Source: Candidatus Bathyarchaeota archaeon (GTDB taxonomy: Archaea; Thermoproteota; Bathyarchaeia; Hecatellales; Hecatellaceae). Taken from it: DNA of 64,000 nt. Of this stretch, positions 60,748-64,000 are shown in pieces (within the stretch, counting starts at the first letter, position 1; the number at the start of each line of letters is the position of its first letter). The DNA lies in contig JBQPWD010000006.1 in the NCBI GenBank assembly GCA_052246995.1, positions 32,001 through 96,000 on the forward strand, in the 5' to 3' direction. A program made the position numbers and the translations under genes. The notes under the pieces were generated by a model. It ran no database searches. It was not told where the DNA came from and saw only the letters and a program-made list of their open reading frames with translations.

Positions 60748-61395
60748 TCAACCTTCTAACAAGTCTTTCATAGTGTCTATTGCTTTCCAGTAACCATTAA
60801 ACATGTATCCGTTTATTCTGACTTTTGGAAAAGTTTCTTTTTCTATATCACCTTTATCTGGAAGTTTATCAATAATGGATTCGTTAACCAAGTATATTCC
60901 TCCATTTATCCAGTATGGTAGTTTTGGCTTCTCTCTAAATCCTAGAACTACACCATCATTTGAAACTTCAACAATACCATAAGGGCTTGTAAGTGGTACA
61001 AGAAGCATTGTAACTTCAAACTTCCTCTTTCTATGAGAACTTATAAAATCATTTAAATCTAGGTTGGTGATGATGTCACCGTTTAAAATCAAGTATTCGT
61101 TTGATGGAAAACTTTTCATCGCCTTTTTTATTCCACCACCAGTTCCAAGCTTTTCCTCCTCTACGGAATAATAAATGTTTACATTAAAATTTGAGCCGTC
61201 ACCAAAAAATTCCCTAATTTTTTCCCAGCGGTAGCCACAAGCAAAGATAACATCCCTAACACCATAACCTGATAAATACTCGATTTGATACTGACTTAAA
61301 GGTTTTCCCTTATACTGCACAAGAACTTTAGGAACTCTTTCAGTTAACGGTCTTAACCTAAGACCCAACCCTCCGGCTAGAATGATAGCCTTCAA
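60748..61395 (-). CDS. Sugar-phosphate nucleotidyltransferase family protein
   Basis: ILAGGLG.RLRPLT..PK, LGTGG, NGD, FREKP, INGGIY. Confidence 0.92.
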   Translation of the reverse strand: MKAIILAGGLGLRLRPLTERVPKVLVQYKGKPLSQYQIEYLSGYGVRDVIFACGYRWEKIREFFGDGSNFNVNIYYSVEEEKLGTGGGIKKAMKSFPSNEYLILNGDIITNLDLNDFISSHRKRKFEVTMLLVPLTSPYGIVEVSNDGVVLGFREKPKLPYWINGGIYLVNESIIDKLPDKGDIEKETFPKVRINGYMFNGYWKAIDTMKDLLEG

Positions 61396-61409
61396 GAAAG
61401 ACTCCCCAA

Positions 61410-61445
61410 AAATTAAGCATAAATTCCACCCAAATTAAGCATAAA
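61410..61445. repeat. 14-bp direct repeat, 22-bp period
   Basis: AAATTAAGCATAAA at 61410-61423 and 61432-61445. Confidence 0.55.
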
Positions 61446-61689
61446 AACTTGTTTATAAATTTGCCTAAAGCATGTTATAATTGGTTTTATTAAAGGTTTA
61501 CCTGTAGTTTAGACGTGTTTAGTGATTACAGCATAAAGCATCTATGTAGAAAACGGTTTTGATCGAAGAATCAGAGTTTCCAAGAAGCTATGAAAAAGAT
61601 GTCCTTTCTACCATCTAACCCGTTTTTGTTGAGAAATGTTGAGTTAAATTTAAAACTGGCTGAATGATAAAAAAATTACATTTTTTTAC

Positions 61690-62028
61690 TTACTTTTCAG
61701 GTTTGTAGTATACTAGCTGTTTCTGGTAGGCTGGAGGTTGGTAAGCTGGTTCAGCCTTTATTGCTTTTTGAAGACAATTTTCAACACAAACATGGCAGTA
61801 TATACACTTGTAGGGGTCATAGGTTATAGTTTTAGCTTCAGGGTCAACTTTTATAGCTACAGGCGGACATAAACGTTCACAATCTTGACATAAATCACAT
61901 TTTTCCATGTCAAAAACTATTATTCGTCCTCTATGTTCAGAGAAGGGTTCCCTTCTGATGAAGGGATGTTTAACTGTTGCAGGTTTTGAGAAAAGGTTTT
62001 TCAGTATGTTTGGAAGCATCCAAACCAT
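61690..62028 (-). CDS. echF: 2x[4Fe-4S] subunit of group 4 hydrogenase (EchF/NuoI-like)
   Basis: NLFSKPAT..P, CDLCQDCERLCP, CIYCHVCVENC. Confidence 0.85.
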   Translation of the reverse strand: MVWMLPNILKNLFSKPATVKHPFIRREPFSEHRGRIIVFDMEKCDLCQDCERLCPPVAIKVDPEAKTITYDPYKCIYCHVCVENCLQKAIKAEPAYQPPAYQKQLVYYKPEK

Positions 62029-62030
62029 TC

Positions 62031-63158
62031 CTAAACCCCTCCATCTTTTTTAACATGGATTATACGCTCAGTACAAGCTAAACATGGGTCTATAGATAGA
62101 ACTATTACAGGTATGTCTGCAATCTCATATCCTGGAAGCATAGCAAGAAGGGGTGGAATGTTTGCAAGGGTTGGTGTTCGAATTTTAACCCTTTCAAGCC
62201 TATTTGTTCCATTTCCCTTAACGTAGTAGAAAAGTTCACCTCTAGGTTGCTCAACCCTAGCTACAGCCTCACCTTCAGGCCATTTTTCAGGTTTAACAGC
62301 AATTTCACCTTCAGGCATGGTTTTTAATGCTTCAAGGATTAAGTCTATAGCTTGATATACTTCATAAAGCCTTACAAGTGTTCGTGCGTAAGCATCACCA
62401 TCCTTCTCTACTATAGGCTCAAATTTAAGATGCTTGTATGCTTGATATCCCTCAAGCCTAATATCCTTCGCTACGCCACTTCCACGTGCAGTGGGACCTA
62501 CTGCTCCAAGCCTTAAAGCATCGTCATAAGATAAGAAGCCCTTACCCACTGTCCGTTTTTTAAATGCAGGATCTTTGAGAATTACTGGAGCAAGCTTGTC
62601 GACTCTTCTTTTAAGGTCTAACATACTTTCCTTAAAATGCTCAACCAATGGACCTGAAATATCTCTTCTAACCCCACCAACTATGCATGTTGAAATTATA
62701 ACCCTGTTTCCGCTTGTGCGTTCTTGGAGGTCCATTACAATCTCCCGGTCTCTCCAGAACTGCATAAAGAGACTTTCAAACCCCATAGCATCAGCAAAAA
62801 GGCCTAGCCATAAGAGGTGGCTTTCAAGCCTGTTAAGCTCAGCCCATATAACCCTTAAATATTTAGCTCTTTCAGGAACTTGAACATTTACAAGCTTTTC
62901 TAAAGCCATACAGTAGCATAAAGCATGCATAAAGTTGCATATTCCACAAACTCTTTCACATAGGTATACATTTCGTTGATAATCGTTAAGTTCACAAGCC
63001 CTCTCAATACCACGGTGGACGTAACCTATATTTACACCTACATCAACAATTTTCTCCTCGTCAACCATAAACCTAAGCTGAACTGGTTCAGGTAAAACTG
63101 GGTGCTGAGGGCCAAAAGGTAAAACGGTATACTTTCGCGTAGTTTTACCTTCACTCAT
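62031..63158 (-). CDS. echE: Group 4 [NiFe]-hydrogenase large subunit (EchE-like)
   Basis: PFGPQHP, GYVHRGIE, L1 ERVCGIC, EQPRGE, L2 DPCLACTER; start at MSEGK overlapping the upstream stop. Confidence 0.9.
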   Translation of the reverse strand: MSEGKTTRKYTVLPFGPQHPVLPEPVQLRFMVDEEKIVDVGVNIGYVHRGIERACELNDYQRNVYLCERVCGICNFMHALCYCMALEKLVNVQVPERAKYLRVIWAELNRLESHLLWLGLFADAMGFESLFMQFWRDREIVMDLQERTSGNRVIISTCIVGGVRRDISGPLVEHFKESMLDLKRRVDKLAPVILKDPAFKKRTVGKGFLSYDDALRLGAVGPTARGSGVAKDIRLEGYQAYKHLKFEPIVEKDGDAYARTLVRLYEVYQAIDLILEALKTMPEGEIAVKPEKWPEGEAVARVEQPRGELFYYVKGNGTNRLERVKIRTPTLANIPPLLAMLPGYEIADIPVIVLSIDPCLACTERIIHVKKDGGV

Positions 63159-63999
63159 ACCAATCACACCTCCAACACCTTTTAGCTTCCTTAACAGCCT
63201 CCTCAACACTATAACCTAACTCAACTTCACTAAAACCTCTAACTCTCACTTCTACTGGAAGAAGTTTTATGGGGACCTTACTTAACTCTAAAACTTCTTC
63301 AACGTTAACTCTTGGAATAAGTTCTTCAATAAGCTCATACTCTTTAAGCCCACTTCCACCTAGATACCTGTCAATGGCGTTAGCAGCTTTCCATCCTGCA
63401 CCCACGGCTTCGGTAACTGAGGCTGGACCTGTTACAACATCACCACCAGCAAAAACTCCGCGTATGTTTGTTTCCAACGTTTTAGGGTTAACTTCAACTT
63501 GTCCACGCCTATCTAGTTTAAGCCTAGAAGTTTTAGGTGGTGTTGCAACTTGACCTATGGCTTTAATAAACGTGTCAGCTTCAACAGTAAACTCGCTTCC
63601 AGCTATGGCTTCAGGTCTAGGTCTGCCTGAAGCATCAGGTGCACCAAGTCGCATTCTTATAAACTCCATTTTTGCAGAAGAGCTTCCACCTAAAACTTTG
63701 GTTGGAGCGACAAGAAATTCGAATTTAACACCCTCAGCCTCAGCCTCTTCAACTTCTCTTGGTGATGCAGGCATCTCCTTCCTAGTCCTTCTGTAAAATA
63801 CTGTTACATCTTTAACTCCAAGCCTTAAAGAGACTCTAGCAGCATCCATAGCACTATTACCCCCACCAATAACAACAACTTTTTCACCAAGTTTAGGTTT
63901 TTTACCGTGGAGATTGACTTCCATTAAAAGTTGAAGACAGCTTAAAACTTTTGGATGGTCTTCACCCTCAATACCGAGCCTAGCATCCTGGTGTGCCCC
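63151..63999 (-). CDS. GltD/SudA/NfnB-like NAD(P)-dependent flavoprotein (5' truncated by the window edge)
   Basis: VIGGGNSAMDAAR, YRRTRKEMPA, AIGQ, GVFAGGDVVTGP, EAKRCWRC; frame open to the window end. Confidence 0.88.
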   Translation of the reverse strand, partial: GAHQDARLGIEGEDHPKVLSCLQLLMEVNLHGKKPKLGEKVVVIGGGNSAMDAARVSLRLGVKDVTVFYRRTRKEMPASPREVEEAEAEGVKFEFLVAPTKVLGGSSSAKMEFIRMRLGAPDASGRPRPEAIAGSEFTVEADTFIKAIGQVATPPKTSRLKLDRRGQVEVNPKTLETNIRGVFAGGDVVTGPASVTEAVGAGWKAANAIDRYLGGSGLKEYELIEELIPRVNVEEVLELSKVPIKLLPVEVRVRGFSEVELGYSVEEAVKEAKRCWRCDWYE

Positions 64000-64000
64000 T

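Noticed and set aside
1-64000. CRISPR arrays and the many short antisense ORFs in the track
   Set aside because: No regularly spaced repeats were seen; the short ORFs overlap well-supported genes on the opposite strand or in another frame

Overview
AT-rich archaeal chromosomal segment, most consistent with a TACK lineage, probably Bathyarchaeia-like. This is inferred from gene content: long-form Hef, Alba, GPN GTPase, rpl18a-pfdA-ftsY, an eL22-like protein, an Ech-type hydrogenase and many TTG/GTG starts. It is mostly housekeeping: trpS, pheST, argF/argH/carAB, pdxST, DNA ligase, trmI, EndoQ, thiolases, acyl-CoA ligase, Sdh/Tfr-like reductase. There is no CRISPR array or recognisable transposase/integrase. 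The most striking content is in the RNA genes, where three different RNAs carry bulge-helix-bulge (BHB) splicing-endonuclease motifs. (1) An SRP (7S) RNA gene has its conserved helix-8 tip interrupted by a 29-nt BHB-like intron; excision exactly restores the canonical CCC-GGGA-GGG helix. The same RNA has an extra hairpin in the Alu domain. (2) A stand-alone intergenic RNA between pheT and argF looks like an H/ACA guide for the peptidyl-transferase-centre uridine U2586 (E. coli numbering). It sits inside a 13-bp stem closed by a BHB with a fully paired central helix, so it is predicted to be excised and circularised. (3) A tRNA-Leu(GAG) has a non-canonical 30/31 intron. Several genes carry single-nucleotide lesions: an in-frame TAG in the eL22-like gene, an in-frame TGA in YhfC, a frameshift, and an ACG start. 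A GltD-like flavoprotein gene is coupled to echEF-like genes. All protein calls are from motif recognition only; no database searches were run.
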